From the NCBI RefSeq assembly GCF_020745735.1, contig NC_083415.1:9999731-10063730 (forward strand): a stretch of DNA of 64,000 nt, in the 5' to 3' direction. The DNA is from Hemiscyllium ocellatum. Taxonomy: Eukaryota. Every line of letters starts with the position of its first letter. Within the stretch, counting starts at the first letter, position 1. The position numbers and the translations under genes are program-made. The notes beneath the pieces were generated by a model. It ran no database searches. It saw nothing but the letters and a program-made list of their open reading frames with translations, and was not told the DNA's origin. Shown here piece after piece: positions 1 to 28,736 of the stretch.

Positions 1-640
1 TTCAAGTTGTTAATGTAGATCGTAAATGGATGGGGCCCAAAGATCGAAGCCTGTAGTATCCCACTAGTTACTTCTTGCCATCCAGAAAATAAAAGACATT
101 TATCCTGACTGTCTTCTGTCCATCAACCAGTCACTGGTCCAAGCTCATAAATTACCCCTAATCCTATATGATCCAATACTGTGAATTTGTGTGGCACCTT
201 ATCAAATGCCTTCCAGAAGACCAGATATACTAAATCTCAGGATCCGCATTATCCACTTTGCTTGTTACATCTTCGAAGAATTCTAGCAAATTAGTCAAAC
301 ATGATTTGCCCTTCATAAAACCATGTTGACTGATGGATAGCGTTTTGATTTTCCAAATGTCCTGATATTCCTATCTTGATAGTTCATTCTAACAATTTCC
401 TAACAGATGTTAAACTAACTGGTCTGTAATTTCCCACTTGTTGTCTCCCTCCCTCTTTGAATAAGGGTGTTGCATTAACATTTTCCAATCCACTGGAACT
501 TTTCTCGTGTCCACAGAATTTCGGAATATTGTAACCAATGGATCAACTACCTCTGCTGCCACTTCCTTTAATACCCAAGGATGAAGGTCATTAGGCCCGG
601 GCGACTTGTCTGCTCTCAATTCCAGTAGTTTGCCAAGCAC
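1..640 (-). mobile_element. CR1-type LINE ORF2 fragment (RT region), degenerate
   Basis: Minus-strand peptide ADKSPGPNDLHPWVLKEVAAEVVDPLVTIFRNSVDTRKVPVDWK parallels the CR1 ORF2 at 18001-19977 (DKSPGPDSIYPRIL..VPEDWR). Confidence 0.8.
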
Positions 641-692
641 ATTTTCTGAAAAGATTTCAATTAAATCAGGAAATGAAAACACACTAAAGTAA

Positions 693-870
693 AACAGAGA
701 CCTGAAGATGCTGGAAAACTGCAAAAAAGAACTGAAATTGCTTGAGAAACTCAGCAGATCTGGCAGCAACTCTGAAGAGAAAGTAGAGTTATCATTTCAA
801 GTCCAAATGACCCTTCTTCAAAACACCACAAATGCTGCTAGGCTGAGTTTCTCCAGTAATTTAGGTTTCT
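693..870. mobile_element. Short Penelope-derived fold-back element (degenerate)
   Basis: gaaattgcttgagaaactcagcagatctggcagc ... gctgctaggctgagtttctccagtaattt inverted arms; same family as 29330-29612. Confidence 0.6.
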
Positions 871-1204
871 GTAATGGAAACACACTCGCAGAAGTCTAAA
901 GGGTTACACTAAGTGCTCAATCGTCGTTTTCAGCTCTGGTGAGAAGCTGGACAACATAATCTGTAAATAATGTGTGGCTCAGAGATGTAATGTGCAAATA
1001 ACTACTAACTATATTTGAAATGAAAATTAAGGCTTAGCATGAAGGAATCCATTTATAACCCCTGAAATCAAAGCTTTATTGAAGAAACATTTATCAGGTT
1101 TTTCTCCTAAAATATAACTCGAATTAAATGTTTTTGCAATTTTTTTAGATTATCTATAGTCTCCATTGTGTTTACATAACAACAAATATTAATATAATAC
1201 CTTC

Positions 1205-2095
1205 ACGGTCATAAGATGTCCCAAATCGCACCAGAGGCATTATGAAACAAATGTCACATTGGAAGATATTAGGGAAAATGACCAGATGTTTGAGAAGATT
1301 TAAAAAGAGGAAAATAAGGTAGAGAGGCATAGGAGGAAACTGAAAGCATAAATGACCAAAGTGGAACTATTAAAATTTAGAATGCTCAAGAGGTCAGAAT
1401 GAGAACAATGCAGATATCTCATAGGATTGTATGGCTGGAAAAGATTCAACGTTAAGGAGGAGTGAGGCCATAGAAGGATTTATAATCAAGGATGGATTTC
1501 TTTTTGTAAAAAAAAAAGAGGAAATGCTTAACAAAGAAGCAATGCTGGTCGGTAAGCTCAGGGATGATGGGTGAATAGTGACAGTTAGATATCTACAATG
1601 GAATTTTCCGTGACCTCAAGTTTACCAGAATATGGGAGGCTGACCAGGATGAGGGTTTCAACAGCAGATGAGCTAAGATAGGAATGAAATTATTGAGATG
1701 GAAATAGACAGCCCTAATGATGAAATAGGTGTGTGGTTGAATAGTCATACCATGGCCAAATCAATTAAACAGTCCTGTTCATTTGAAGGTAACAGGGACA
1801 GCTATAGGTATCACATCAAAGGAGCAGTTTATGGAAAGAACCAAAACCAATTATTTCAGTCTTTGCAGTATTTAATTGGGAAAAAATTTCAAGCAAGCAT
1901 TCTGATAATTTAGCTGCAGCGGAAGCTTGAAAGAGATTGAAATGAAGGAAAGATTGACAATATATGTACATGTGAAAGCAGATGTGTTTTTGGATGATGT
2001 CATGAGGCCAAGTATGTAAATGAATAATAGGAAAAACTTAAGGACAGATAAGCAGATTTGTCTTGGTGATGACAGATTTGAAAGACTGGACGTCA
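1205..2095 (-). mobile_element. Old L2-type LINE 3' fragment
   Basis: Minus strand encodes a decayed LLFIY..DIIQKH.CFHMY RT segment and ends in an L2-like tail (gcgatttgggacatcttatgac). Confidence 0.5.
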
Positions 2096-2569
2096 AGAGA
2101 GAAAACTGTAAACAATCTTAGCTAACATGGGTAAGGAAAAAGGTGCAACACGTCAGTTGGAATTGTTCAAGAAGAAGTTAGTCTCATGGACAAGTTGAGC
2201 TTGGAGAGGCCATGATGGGAGACAGGAGGAAAACTGGGAAGGAAGCAAATTCAGGGCTTGAGAATAGGCTGCATATGTCACAGTTTTTCCCAAAAGAGAA
2301 AAAACTGCAGAGGCAGGTAATCAAATAATCTCAATCTTAATGTTGAAAAATCCATAAATTTGTCACAGTCATTGCAGTTGAAAGCTAAGGAAACAGTTTA
2401 CAGTAGAGAAAAGTAACTGAGGTGGGGGGGGTTATCTATTAGCTCCAACATTACACTGGAGTAAGCACTTTTCAGAAGACAGAAGAATGAGATATCTGGT
2501 CCAGCTCTCCAGCTCAATCTAGTGGTAAATGACTCAACAAGGTTTCTGCCATAGTACTCATGCCTCAGA

Positions 2570-3135
2570 CCATAAGGTGCAGCAACCTACTGAGTCTGGT
2601 CCACCATTTGATCATGACTGATACGTTTCTCAACCCAATCTCCTGCTTTCTCTCTATAACTCTTGATCCCCTTACCAATCAAGAACTAATCTGTCTTAAA
2701 TACACTCTGTGATTTGGCCATCACAGCTTTTTGCAGAAATGAATTCCACAGATTAATAAACCTTGGCTGCAGAAATTCCTCCTCATTTCTGTTATAAAGG
2801 GTTGTCCCTTCAATCTGAGATTGTGGCCTCAAATTGTAGTCTGTTCTTACTAGTGGAAACATCTTCTCCACATACACTCTATCCAGACTTCTCAGCATCC
2901 TCTAAGTTTCAGTGAGTTCCACCCTTCATCTTTCTAAACTCCATCAAGTTCAGAGCAGTGTCCTCAACCACACCTCATAATAACAAGCCCTTCATCCCTG
3001 GGATCACTCTCAGAAACTTCCTCTGGACACCTCCGATGTCAGCACATGCTTCCTCAGATAAGCGGCCCAAAACTGTTCACAATATTGCAAATATGGTCCG
3101 ACTATGGCCTTATACAGCCTCAACAATGCATCTCT
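2570..3135 (-). mobile_element. CR1 LINE 3' end fragment
   Basis: Peptide MLRSLDRVYVEKMFPLV..LWNSFLQKAV matches the CR1 ORF2 C-terminus. Confidence 0.75.
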
Positions 3136-3986
3136 GCTCTTCTGGAAGTAGACAGACTTGCAACTACAATCATGAGTCCCTCATTTAGGGAAGAGTAGAA
3201 ATTAATCAAGGCTCTTCCTGTTATCAAATGCATTACGCTTTTCTGGTGAGAAATATTTCTCAAAGTCCAGTTAATGGCCCTTTTATGCTGATACCTCCAT
3301 TAGTGTAATAATCTAGAGACACGGTGCATCTTTGATTTGTCTTAATTATTTCTTTTGTGTATTTTTTATTGTTTTTTTTTTAAATTTGAAATTAAAATTG
3401 CATCAGAGTATGGCAAATTAAACACTTTTCACTATTTCCCTAAATACAAGTAATAATAAATTAGTATACACTATACTAAATGCTAGCATTGCATTAGCCT
3501 TCCTAACTGCAAACTGAACCTGTAAGACAGAGACATCCCAGCCCAGCCTGAACATCCAATTTCCTGCAGGTCAGCAGAGCAAATTGACCCTTTGATACAT
3601 CATTAGGCTAGATAGAACAGCAAAGGTATTTCGACACACATTATGACAGCTGGCTTTTGAAGTAATGAATAAAAAGTGGTTCGTAGAGTTTACAGCACAA
3701 GCCACCACTCGGTCCATTACTCCAATAACTCCCAAGGCAGTTGGTGCTGAATACAGCAATGTCACGCTGGTGCAAGTCGAAGCTGCTGTCTGGAATTTGA
3801 AGACAACGATGCTGGGAGATTTCTGACCCTGGTCTATATCTATCCTGGGGAGGCTGACATTGAACACAAACACATTTGGAGATGGCCCTGTGCCCAGTAG
3901 GGACACTTGGTCCAGCACTATAGACATGGGCATCAAGGGCCTAGGATCCAAATCAGCCTAACCCGAAACGCAATCCAGCAGTGTAC

Positions 3987-4070
3987 CTGCTGTTTATCGG
4001 CCAACAAACTCTCCGCCAGCTCTTCCACCTCAGTCAGGTAATTCATCAACAGCTCCGGCTTCCGCGCCAT
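3987..4070 (-). CDS. PDRG1: p53 and DNA damage-regulated protein 1 (prefoldin-like), coding exon 1 only
   Basis: MARKPELLMNYLTEVEELAESLLADKQQ closely resembles the PDRG1 N-terminus (YLVEVEELAEEVLADKRQ); phase-0 donor CAG|GTACAC at 3986; downstream exons not recognised in the window. Confidence 0.85.
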
Positions 4071-4135
4071 CTTCAGCCTGAACCAACTTCCAACCGTCTC
4101 CGCCTGGGCTGTCAATCAACATCCCTCCTCCTGTT

Positions 4136-4260
4136 TCATTGGCCTGTTTTGCCCGAATATCCCAGTAGTGATTGGCGAATATGTTGCCAATCAACGGTAT
4201 CCCCGCCTGCAGTTGTGACGATAACTCAACCGCGTAGCATCCTGGGAGTTGTAGTCCTTT
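4136..4260 (-). promoter_or_regulatory. PDRG1 promoter: ACTACAnnTCCCA (ZNF143/THAP11-type) motif plus three CCAAT boxes
   Basis: TGGGAGTTGTAGT at 4243-4255 (ACTACAACTCCCA on minus); ATTGG at 4138 and 4171, CCAAT at 4187; CpG-rich. Confidence 0.7.
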
Positions 4261-4559
4261 CTGAGCAGATGCCCTGACCATTCCTCCCAAATGATCCAGT
4301 CCAGCATTTATGTTCCAAAGGAGCCGTCCTGCCTGTACTTTTCTTTCTTTCTACCTTATGTGTTTCTCTGCCTTCACCTTCGTCAAGGTTATAGGCGGAG
4401 GTGTGGGAAGTGGAGAACTTCAACTACAATATATGGTGGCACGTTCCTCGTTTTTGTCACTCAATGGATGAAAGAGTTACTCCTGAAATCTTTGTTTTAT
4501 TTAAACACGAGAATACTGAAAACACTGATTATCTCCGGAGATGGAAAGCGTTAACGCTT

Positions 4560-5025
4560 CAAGTCCGGTACTGGAGGGTTTGAATTATAAGGAGAGGATG
4601 GATATGCTGGGAATTTTTTTACCCGTGGCGTATAAGAGGCTGAGGGGTGACCTTATAGAGGTTAATAAAATTGTGAGAGGCATAGGTTAGGTGAATAGCT
4701 AAGGTTTTTTCATCAAGGTAGGGGAGTCCAAAACTAGAGATGTGGAACGGTTAAAGGTGAGAGGCAAAAGATTTAAAAAGGACCTGAGGAATAACTTTTC
4801 CTCACAGAAAATAGTGCATTTATGGAAACAGCTGCCAGAGAAAGTGGTAGAGGTATGCAGAATTACAAAATTCAAAAATTATTTGGATGGTACATAGATA
4901 ATAAAGTTTCTTTCAGGGGAATATGGACCAAACGCATGCAAATTGGACTATTTCAGTTTAGGAAATCTGGTCAACATGGACGAACTCGGCCAGAGGATCT
5001 GCTTCTGTGCTGTACGACTACTCTT
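4560..5025 (+). mobile_element. CR1 LINE 3' end fragment
   Basis: ggagggtttgaattataaggagagg..aggctgaggggtgaccttatagag..ctgtgctgtacgactactct, a typical CR1 3' end. Confidence 0.75.
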
Positions 5026-5364
5026 ATTCGATTATTTACATGCTGCTGCATAACATCCGAAAAGGTGTTATCTTATACTTATCAAGGTTCAGTATGCTTT
5101 TCAAACTATACCTCTTGAAATAAAGCCTGATGTTTGAATTTCTTATTTTATTGCCTTGCTGACCTATGGCACAACTTTAGCAATTTGTGTATTTGTACCT
5201 TGAGTAACCTACCCAGACTGGCGCCTTCAAAGTCATAACTGATCTCCCAATTCATCCTACCAAGCATTGGTAGGAGTGCATCCGGATTACGTGTGACGTT
5301 TTGATTGCACTTAAGAAAAGTTATCATTATACTAGAAGCAATTCTGATAAAGTCCACTCGACTC

Positions 5365-6400
5365 AGACCTGGAATGAGGCTGTTATCATATGAGGAGAAG
5401 TTGAGCTGTGTAGGCAGCATCCATTGGACTTTAGAAGAATGGGAGGTAATAATATAGATATGTAAGATCCTAAGGGAATTTGACAGGGTGGATTCTGAAA
5501 ATGCATTTCTGCTTGTCGAAGAGAACTAGGGGATGTAGTTTCAAAACTAAAATAGAGGTAAATAGGACTATTTTTTAAACTCTTGAGCATTGTTGGTATG
5601 TGAAAGTATGGGTAGAGGCTGGATCATTTGAACATTTTTAACGGTAAGGTGGAAACATCCTTCAGTAACAAAAGGGTCAAACAATTTTGGGAAGCAAACA
5701 GGTAAGTGGAATTAGGGCAACAATCAGATCAGCCATAATCTTATAAAATATCAAACAGAGTTAAGGCCTTGTTCTTGACTAATTTGTATGTTCTTATTTA
5801 TGTTAATATTGTATCACCTCACATTTATCTGTGAGGACCCTCATTTGCCAATTACATATTCATTCTGCAAGTTTATATATTTCACTGCAGTCCCCCTTTA
5901 TTTTAACTGCACTGCCTAATTTGGTGTAAATTGCAAATGTAAGGTATTATTCTTTGCCCTTTCATTCTGCAGTGTAAAGAGACCACACCTTGAGTGCTTT
6001 GAGGAGAGAGTGATTTGGTACATATTGCTTGTAATTTAGAAGAATGAGAAGTGATCTATTGAACATAATCCTAAAACTCAATTGAAATGCTAGTTGCTGG
6101 AATGATTTTACCCTGACTGGGTGAGTCTAGAGTAGTTTTAGGATAAGAGGTGGGAAATTTAAGACCGAGATTAGGAGAAGTGTATTCCTTCAATGGATTG
6201 TTAATCCTTGAAATCTTCATCTTAACAGGGCGCATGCTCAGTCCACGAAGAATCAAATCTGAGATCCATTGATTATTGAATAGTCAAGAGATATTTGGAG
6301 AGCGTCGGGAGATGGAACGTGGGCAAATAGTTCATCCATTTGATCGTAGTCAATGGCACAGTAGATTCGTGAAGCTGATTTAATCCAGGTTTAGTTCATG
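5365..6400 (+). mobile_element. Two degenerate CR1 3' fragments (about 5365-5800 and 5995-6400)
   Basis: tttagaagaatg(g/a)gag..gatct..tgacagggtgga motifs repeated. Confidence 0.55.
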
Positions 6401-6413
6401 ATACTGCGAGGCA

Positions 6414-6455
6414 ACTACATCTCCCAGAGTGCACAGGGTTGGACACTTTATAAAA
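6414..6455 (+). promoter_or_regulatory. beta-tubulin core promoter: ACTACAnnTCCCA motif and TATA box
   Basis: ACTACATCTCCCAGAGTGCA at 6414-6433; TATAAAA at 6449-6455; ATG about 270 nt downstream. Confidence 0.65.
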
Positions 6456-6727
6456 GCGGTGGCCGAAGGAGGCGCTTCCCTAATGTGAGCCGGGAGCTGT
6501 AGAGCTGTGTCTTAGCAGTAGTTGCAGAGCTCCATCCTAACGGCGAGCCCTCCGCAATATTGACACCCTTCTGCAGCAAACAAAAAAAGCGAACTTTACA
6601 GCTGTCCACAAGCGCACCATTCCCCGCAGCATATGTTAAGCGATCAAACATCTGAGTTTTTCTTGTAATTGATCGTGGGATATCTACCAAAAGAAACAAG
6701 AGTCCCCTAAAAAGAGCAAGAGCAACA

Positions 6728-21590
<14,863 letters not shown>

Positions 21591-21898
21591 GTATGGTGGG
21601 ATCATCAAGAAGCCTCTCTGTTGGAGAGAAAGTTGTTTTGAGTCAACTATTGAATTCTGCTGATTCTTCCAGCCATTTAATTAAGAAGACATTGTGATGC
21701 TCATGGAAATGGAATTCCTTTTGAAGGTTTGTGTGTGTGGTTTAATATGATCTGTAGTTTTAAAACAATAGTGCCCACAGTAGGCTATGTTCTGAAATTC
21801 AACTTTATGAACTGGCCTGAAAAGTCTTATCCTGCAGCTGCTGAACCTGTCTGAGTAGCTTGTTTCAGTTTGTTAGATTGGTAATTTGTGTGCTTCTA

Positions 21899-21904
21899 AA
21901 TAAA
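21899..21904 (+). terminator. Polyadenylation signal of beta-tubulin
   Basis: AATAAA about 310 nt after the stop, followed by GT/T-rich sequence. Confidence 0.6.
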
Positions 21905-23806
21905 GATACCTTGTCAGTTCTGGTGTTGACATACAGCCTTTTAAACTCCTTTACTGATTGTTTTACAGGCTTTCAGGCAGTAAAACAATCTCTAAAATGG
22001 GAAGCAGATTGGCAACTGCAACAAGGAGGGCAGGATGAGATTTGCCCTTCATTCTTTAAAGTACTAGTATGATCCCTTTTGACTTGCAGACTATTTTGTT
22101 TATTTTCTCTCTTCAGCTGAGAAAGTAAGAATACTTCTTAAAACTATTAAATGTAACAATCGGGCACTATAGCTTTAGATGTAGTCAGTTGTTTTAAAAA
22201 GGAAATGTAATTAATAACGAAACCTTCCCTAGAAGAGTAGCATAAAGCACTGTTCAGTAATAAGTGTTGAGATCTGATAGTGTTACGTTGATTTGAGATG
22301 CAGAGGTAGACCTTGGAACAGTGGTTTTCAACTCCATGAACTGCCAAAGAGCCCTCAACAGGTTCATACAGCTCTTTCTGGATCGGTGATTGTTCTCTAT
22401 ATTGCATGCATATCTAAGTTTGTCTTTCTGCGATGTTTGTACTGTGAAAATCAAATCATTCAAATAAATCAATACAACTTCTTTTCTTTGTTTTTTTTTC
22501 TTCTTCTCCAGCTGATTAAAGAGTACTTACTGTAGCTACATTTGCTTGCTTTTACCAAAATTGAGTCAGAGTGGAGAAACATGGGGAATGGCAAAAGGTT
22601 CAATCAAATCAAAACCATGATTCCTTTCTGCTGATTAAAAATCTGGATTTATACAGCACCTTGATACTGATCCAGAAATGAAATAAAAGGCCTTTTTTGA
22701 AAAGTTATTTTGAGGTGCAATTCTGTAGATAAATGCAGCAGCCATTTTGTATGCATTGAAATACAGAGAATGACAATGAATTGAATGTCTGATTTATCTC
22801 CTTTTAGACATGGGTTCATCAATCAAATCTTGCATACTCAGGAGTCCATTTGGGCCTTTGTGTCTGTGCTGGCTGTTTCAAAGAACTGTAATTTATTCAC
22901 ATGTCCCAATCTTTTCTCCATTTTTGTATAAATTGAGAATGTTCTTCAAGTACATGTTCAATCATCTTTTGAAAGATGGTATGAAATCTTGTTCCATCAT
23001 TCTTCTAGCCAATTATTTATCATTTATGACCTCTGGTTACCAAGTCTTTTATCGCAGATGCAATGCCTGATACTCCAACAGAGGCCTAAATAGATTTATA
23101 AAGGTTTAGCATGACTTTTCTAAAAACATAGAACAGTGGAACACAGGTCTTTTGTATTCAGTGACACAAAAGTCAAGTCCCTGTGGACTTTCCTGAACAC
23201 TTTATTATCTTGCTCTGCCACTGTCAAAGATTCTTCTGCTCATAAATTGCTCATGTCTTGCCATCTTGTTTTTTTCCATATACTTGCCACTGAACTGTAT
23301 TAAAATGCATGGCTAAAGAGGGAAGTTGCTCTAAACACCATTAGAATCTCCTGTTCCAAAAAGTAGGCAGAATATTGGTAATTTTATGCTCAATGCACAA
23401 GAGCATTATTCATGTTAGATTATTCTGTTCATGTTGCAAAACAGGACAAACCAACAAAAACTGCATGAACACTGTAATGACCCATGCTTTTATATGTATA
23501 CAGGTATCTAAGAGAAGAGACCCCTGAAAAACTAGGGTCGACTTGTTCACAAGGTACATGAAAAATAGCAGAATTTTTGGCCAAAAATAAGGGGTTTACT
23601 TATGTGAGATTGACCTACTCATGAATATATATGATAGTCTGTTTTAGAAATTGCTAAACAAAACACAAAGTAGACAGGTGACAACTAAGATGTTAAGGAT
23701 GACATTTTCTTCTTTGGTCCAACCATTGAGATTTAGCTTAATGTTGTTACATTATTCATTAGACTTCAGAGATTCTGTAGTCTTATCTAGAACATTGATA
23801 TTGATA

Positions 23807-24121
23807 GGGCAGCACGGTGGCTCAGTGGTTAGCAATGCTGTCTCACAGCACCTGGAACCCAGATTCAATTCCAGCCTTGAGCAACTGTCTGGGTGGAATT
23901 TGCACATTCTCTGTCTTCCTACATGGGTTTCCTCCCACAATCCAAAAATGTGCAGGTTCGGTGAATTGGCCATACTAAATTGCTCAGTGTTCAGGGATGT
24001 GTAGGTTAGGTGTATTAGTCGGGGGTAAACGTAGGGGAATGGATCTGGGTGGATTACTCTTCGGAGGTGTTGGGCCAAAGGGCCTGTTTCCATACTGTAG
24101 GGATTGTATGATTCTATGATA
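23807..24121 (+). mobile_element. HE1-type tRNA-derived SINE, full length
   Basis: A box tggctcagtgg, B-box-like gattcaattcc, central tggaatttgcacattctc, CR1-like tail gggccaaagggcctgtttcc..gattctatgat. Confidence 0.85.
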
Positions 24122-24519
24122 TCAGAAATACCTAATTGGAATTCATACCTAGAGCCAAAATCTAACTTGCTTCTTTGCTCCCTAACATAATGGTTACTTG
24201 GGTACCTACACATTTCAGTTAGAGCAGGAGGATCCGGGTTCAAACCCATTTCTGTTATCTAATCAATTACAGTGGCAATTGATCAGACATTAGAGAGGAG
24301 GAAAGTTACCACCTCGTAGAAACTGTGGATGTTGGGGATGAGGATTGTAGCAGATTGTAATCTGACCTGCCCCCATTATTTTTGATACACTTTATAAGCT
24401 CATTTATGAAAAATGGTCAGTTGGGCAAAGAACAAAGACAGTAGCTCTAACCTAATATGTCTAATCCTTCAAGAAATGCAAAATAAAGTTAATTCAAAAA
24501 CTAATTTAAAGCTTGCATT

Positions 24520-24650
24520 AAAGTTCTGATGAAAGGTCATTGACCTGGAACACATTTTTTTCTGTCTCCACAGGTGCTGCTGGACCTGCAGAGTATTTCC
24601 AGCATTGTGTGTTTCTATTTGATTTCCAGGATCTGCAATTTCTTGCTTTT
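24520..24650 (+). mobile_element. Penelope pLTR remnant with hammerhead-like core
   Basis: gttCTGATGAa-aggtcattgacct-GGAA followed by ctccacaggtgctgctggacctgc. Confidence 0.6.
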
Positions 24651-25669
24651 GAATGGAAGAATTCATAATGGTCTTGGTGTTAAATTGCATTTCTTTATTG
24701 GAAGGCAATTCACATACTATAAAGTCATCAAGTAATTCTACTGAGTCTGTGATTATAAGTGAATTGCTGGTTTCATGCAGAAACTATTAGTTTCAATTTC
24801 AAAATGAAAACTTCTTTGTGGAGCTGATCTCCTTTATTGATACAGTTTGAAAGTATTTACATTGCAGTGGCTTTTCAATATTGCAATTTCCTGTTCCTGT
24901 TATTGATCCCTTCGCTGCTCACTTCCCATGGGAATGGATGAGAATAAACACCAGCTCTCCCGATCTGTCTAATTTCCTTAGATTCACCCAGCAGAAATTG
25001 GACTTATTTCATTGAATGTGCAGTGATTGTTAGTGTTAGGACTGTCAGGATGTGTATTTATTGATATATACAGTGTACACATATATAAGTACAAAGGGAG
25101 TGCAGTTTGCACAGCTAAATGGCTCTTTCAGAGTCACTATAGGTTTTATGCACCTCCTGTGGTGTGACAATTCTGATTCAATTTTATGTTGTAGTGCATC
25201 ACCACCATGCCTCTGATTTTGATTTGATTATACATTAATTTGTTCTCACCTTCACAAAATGGAGCTGCAGAATTTCATTGTTCACAATTTAAATTTGTTT
25301 GTGAATGGGACAGATAGGAAAAGCTATTAATCCAGTCAGTATAGCTATATCAAATTTCAACAGGCTTAAACCAGTAATAATAGAACTTGAGAAGTAAACT
25401 GAGATTTTGAATTGTGACAGCTGTTACCCCAGCTGCCAAGTCAGTTACTGCAGTGTATAGATTTCCCAAATTATGGAAATGTCAGAAAAACATTCGACAC
25501 CTCTCTACACCAATTGTAGCAACCAAAATACTGCACTTGCTAAGACTGGCCAATGGACAAGGGATGGAACCTGGACTGATCTGTAGTTTCATGGACAGCT
25601 GGCTGTTTCCACTAGCTCCAATGTTAATAGTTAGGAAACTCTCATAATTCGGAAATGTCTAATGTACTT

Positions 25670-25790
25670 CAGGTAAGGAAAACTGTCATTTTTACCTGCT
25701 CTGGTCTACATTTGACACCAGACCCACCCGAAATCTGTTGACTCATAATTGTTCTGTGAAATGACCTAACAAGCTATTCAATTGTGTCAA
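25670..25790 (+). mobile_element. SINE remnant (MetaSINE-like central domain)
   Basis: aggaaaactgtcatttttacctgctctggtctacatttgacaccagaccc; related minus-strand copy at 36440-36690. Confidence 0.4.
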
Positions 25791-26009
25791 CTGCTAAAAT
25801 GTCTCAAAAAAAGGAATGAAACTGGACGGGCTACCTGATACTGACCAAGGTACTGAAAATGACACTAGCAGACTCCTGCCTGCGAAGTCTTGCTTACTAA
25901 CCTGTGGGGTCCAGTACCAAAATTGAAATAACTACTTCATAGGTGAGTCACACAACATTCTGGCACAGTCATACTCACCATGTCATAATTCTCCCAAAAG
26001 GGGACAAAA

Positions 26010-27430
26010 CCTTTTTTCATCTACCCTGTCAAGTCCTATGATGATCTTGTATTTTTCAATAAGGTCATCTCAGATTCTTCTATATTCCAACAAGTACAGC
26101 CCAAACTATTCAATCTCTCCTCAGAAGACAGTTCCTGGTATCAGCCTAGTGAACCTCTTCTGGGCTTGCTGCAATGCTAGCATATCTTTTCTTAAATAAG
26201 AAGCCCAAAACAGTTCACAGTATTCCAGCTGTGGTCAGACTACTACCTTTGAGCAAAACTTCTCTATCTTTGTACTTCATTCCCTTTGAAATAAAGGGCA
26301 ACATTTCATTTGCCTTTCCTAATAGCCACTGAATTTTGATGTTCTCTTTTCGTGATTCATGGACAAGAACTCCCAAATCCCTCTCCTCAGTATTCAGCTT
26401 CTCTGTTCCTCCAACCAAACTGCATAATTTCACATTACTCCACATTATATTCCATTTGCAAAGCTTTTGCCCACTCAATTAACCTGTCTATAGCCCTCTG
26501 TAGACTGTGGTGGCATCCTCACTGTTTGTCTTCCCACCTATTTTTATGTCACCCGCAAACTTGATTTAGTTCATTCATTTTCTTCATCCAAGTCATTAAC
26601 ACATATTGTATATAATTGTGGCTCCAGCACTGATCCCTGTGGCCCACCACTAATTACAGATTGCCATCCTGAAAATGCCCCATATCCCAACTGTCCTCTC
26701 AGTTCATCAATTCTCTACACTTACTAAATAGAGTACTTATTAAATAGACTAATGTACAGAACCAGATCAAATGCCTTCTGAATATAGAATCCACTGATTC
26801 CCCTATATCTATCCTATGTGTTAACTCCTCAAAGAATTCTATGAATTTGTAAGGCACTATTTCCCCTTCATGAAGCCATACTAACAGTGCTTCATCATAC
26901 TATGTATTTAAGTGTTCTGCAATTACATTCTTTATAATAGATTGTAACATTTTCCCAACAATAGATATTTACTCGTCTGTGCTGACCAGATATTCTAAAT
27001 TAATCAGTCCAATTTGCCTGCATTTGGCCCATACTGGTTTAATCCCCTACTCTTCATATACCCCATCCAGATATCCTTTTAAATGTCATAATTGTACCAG
27101 CCTCCACCACTTCCTCTGGTAGCCCACTCTGTACATAAACCACCCTCTGCGTGAAAAAATTGCCTCTTAGGTCACTTTTAAATCTTTCCCCTCTCACCTC
27201 ATAACTATGCCCTCTTGTTTTGGACTCCCCTTCCCTGGGAAGATGACTTTGGCAATTCACCCTATCCACGTCCCTCATGATTTTATAAACCTCTAAGGTC
27301 ATCCCTCAACCTTTGACGCTCCAGGGAAAATAGCCCTAGCTTATTCAGTCTCTCCATATAACTCAAATGCTTCACATACTTGTAAATCTTTTCTGCACCC
27401 TTTCAAGTTTAACAACATCTTTCCTATTTA
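26010..27430 (-). mobile_element. Nested CR1 fragments
   Basis: Peptides EERDLGVLVHES and EVYKIMRDVDRV..KTRGHSY..FFTQRVV. Confidence 0.8.
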
Positions 27431-28397
27431 AATACAGGTGTTATGTTCTAGGTTTTCCAATCCTATGGCAGTTTTCTAGAATGTAAGATTACTATCAGTG
27501 CATCTACTATCTCTGGAGCTACTTACATCAAATATTCATTGATTTTTAGCCCCATGAAATTTCCTAGAATGTTTTAGCTATTGATAGTTATTATATTTAT
27601 TTCCTCTCCACCTTTTTGCCCTAGAATATTTAATAATTTTGGAATGCTAATTGTGTCTTCTGCGTGAAGACTGAGCAAAATATTTGTTCAACCCTTCTGT
27701 AGTGTTCAGTCTAATTTTCCAAAACCGTAAGTCAATCCTGTGATCAGCATGCTGTTCTGTGTGGAACTTTGGAGCAGCTGCACGTGTACGCAACTTAGAG
27801 GGAACTTTGTTCACCATTATTACTTCCCTAGCCTTATTCTCGAAAGGGCCCACATTCACTTCGACTTCTCTCTTCCTTCTTTACATAAGTTCTTGGTAAC
27901 CTTAACTTCCCTAGTTAACCATGATTGGCTGTCTGCTTCCTGGAACCTTCTTCCTGACTGGAATAGGTCTTTGTTGTGGCCATGCACTATTTTCTACCAC
28001 TGTTCCTCAACCAACTTTTTGCTGTTTAACTCCTTTCCCAGTCCACTGTAGTCAGCTTGTAACCATGTCACTGTAATGCCTGTAAGATCATACCTGTTAA
28101 CCTATATTTGTGTGGTTAATTTATTCTAAGTTTTACATGTGTTCAAGCTCCATTAATTTTGCTTTCTTGCCATTTTCCCTTTGACCCTATTTACTGCTGT
28201 TTTTGTGTTTGTATCTTCTGTCCCTTCCTGTCCTATTCTGTGTATCATTTGTTCCTTGCTCCAGTCTTACTTTTGTTGGCTACCTCATCTTTTATTCCAG
28301 TACATTTATGATTTTATCGGTGCTATTTCACATACTAATCTTAAACTGAAGACTTCATACTCTTTCTTCCAATTTCCATCCTTCTCTCGCCTTTATG

Positions 28398-28665
28398 ATT
28401 AGATTAGATTACCTACAGCATGGAAACAGGCCCATCAGCCCAACAAGTCCACATTGACCCTCTGACGAGCAACCCACCCAGACCCATTCCCCTGAGTAAT
28501 GCACCTAACACTAGGGGCAATTCAGCATGGCCAATTCACCTAACCTGCACATCTTTGGACTGCGGGAGGAAACCAGAGCACCCGGAGGAAACCTATGCAG
28601 ACATGGAAAGAATGTGCAAACTCCACGCTGACAATTGTCTGAGGTGGGAATTGAACCTGGGATAT
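28398..28665 (-). mobile_element. HE1-type SINE (5'-truncated)
   Basis: Reverse complement of the 23807 SINE body; gatta tail repeats. Confidence 0.8.
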
Positions 28666-28736
28666 TGTCCATCACTGACCCTTCCTTTCATAGAGGCAGA
28701 GTCATACAGTTCAGAAACTGGTCCAACCAGTACATG

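Noticed and set aside
3571-3951. 126-aa ORF just downstream of PDRG1 exon 1
   Set aside because: Does not match the expected PDRG1 continuation (IVDLD..RNQNRE); lies past the splice donor in intron 1
6595-6620. REST/NRSF site in the tubulin 5' region
   Set aside because: Only the GGACAG half-site is present; the CAGCACC half is missing
23807-23880. tRNA gene
   Set aside because: A/B boxes belong to a SINE head continuing into a SINE body and LINE-like tail; the same applies near 42420 and 49450
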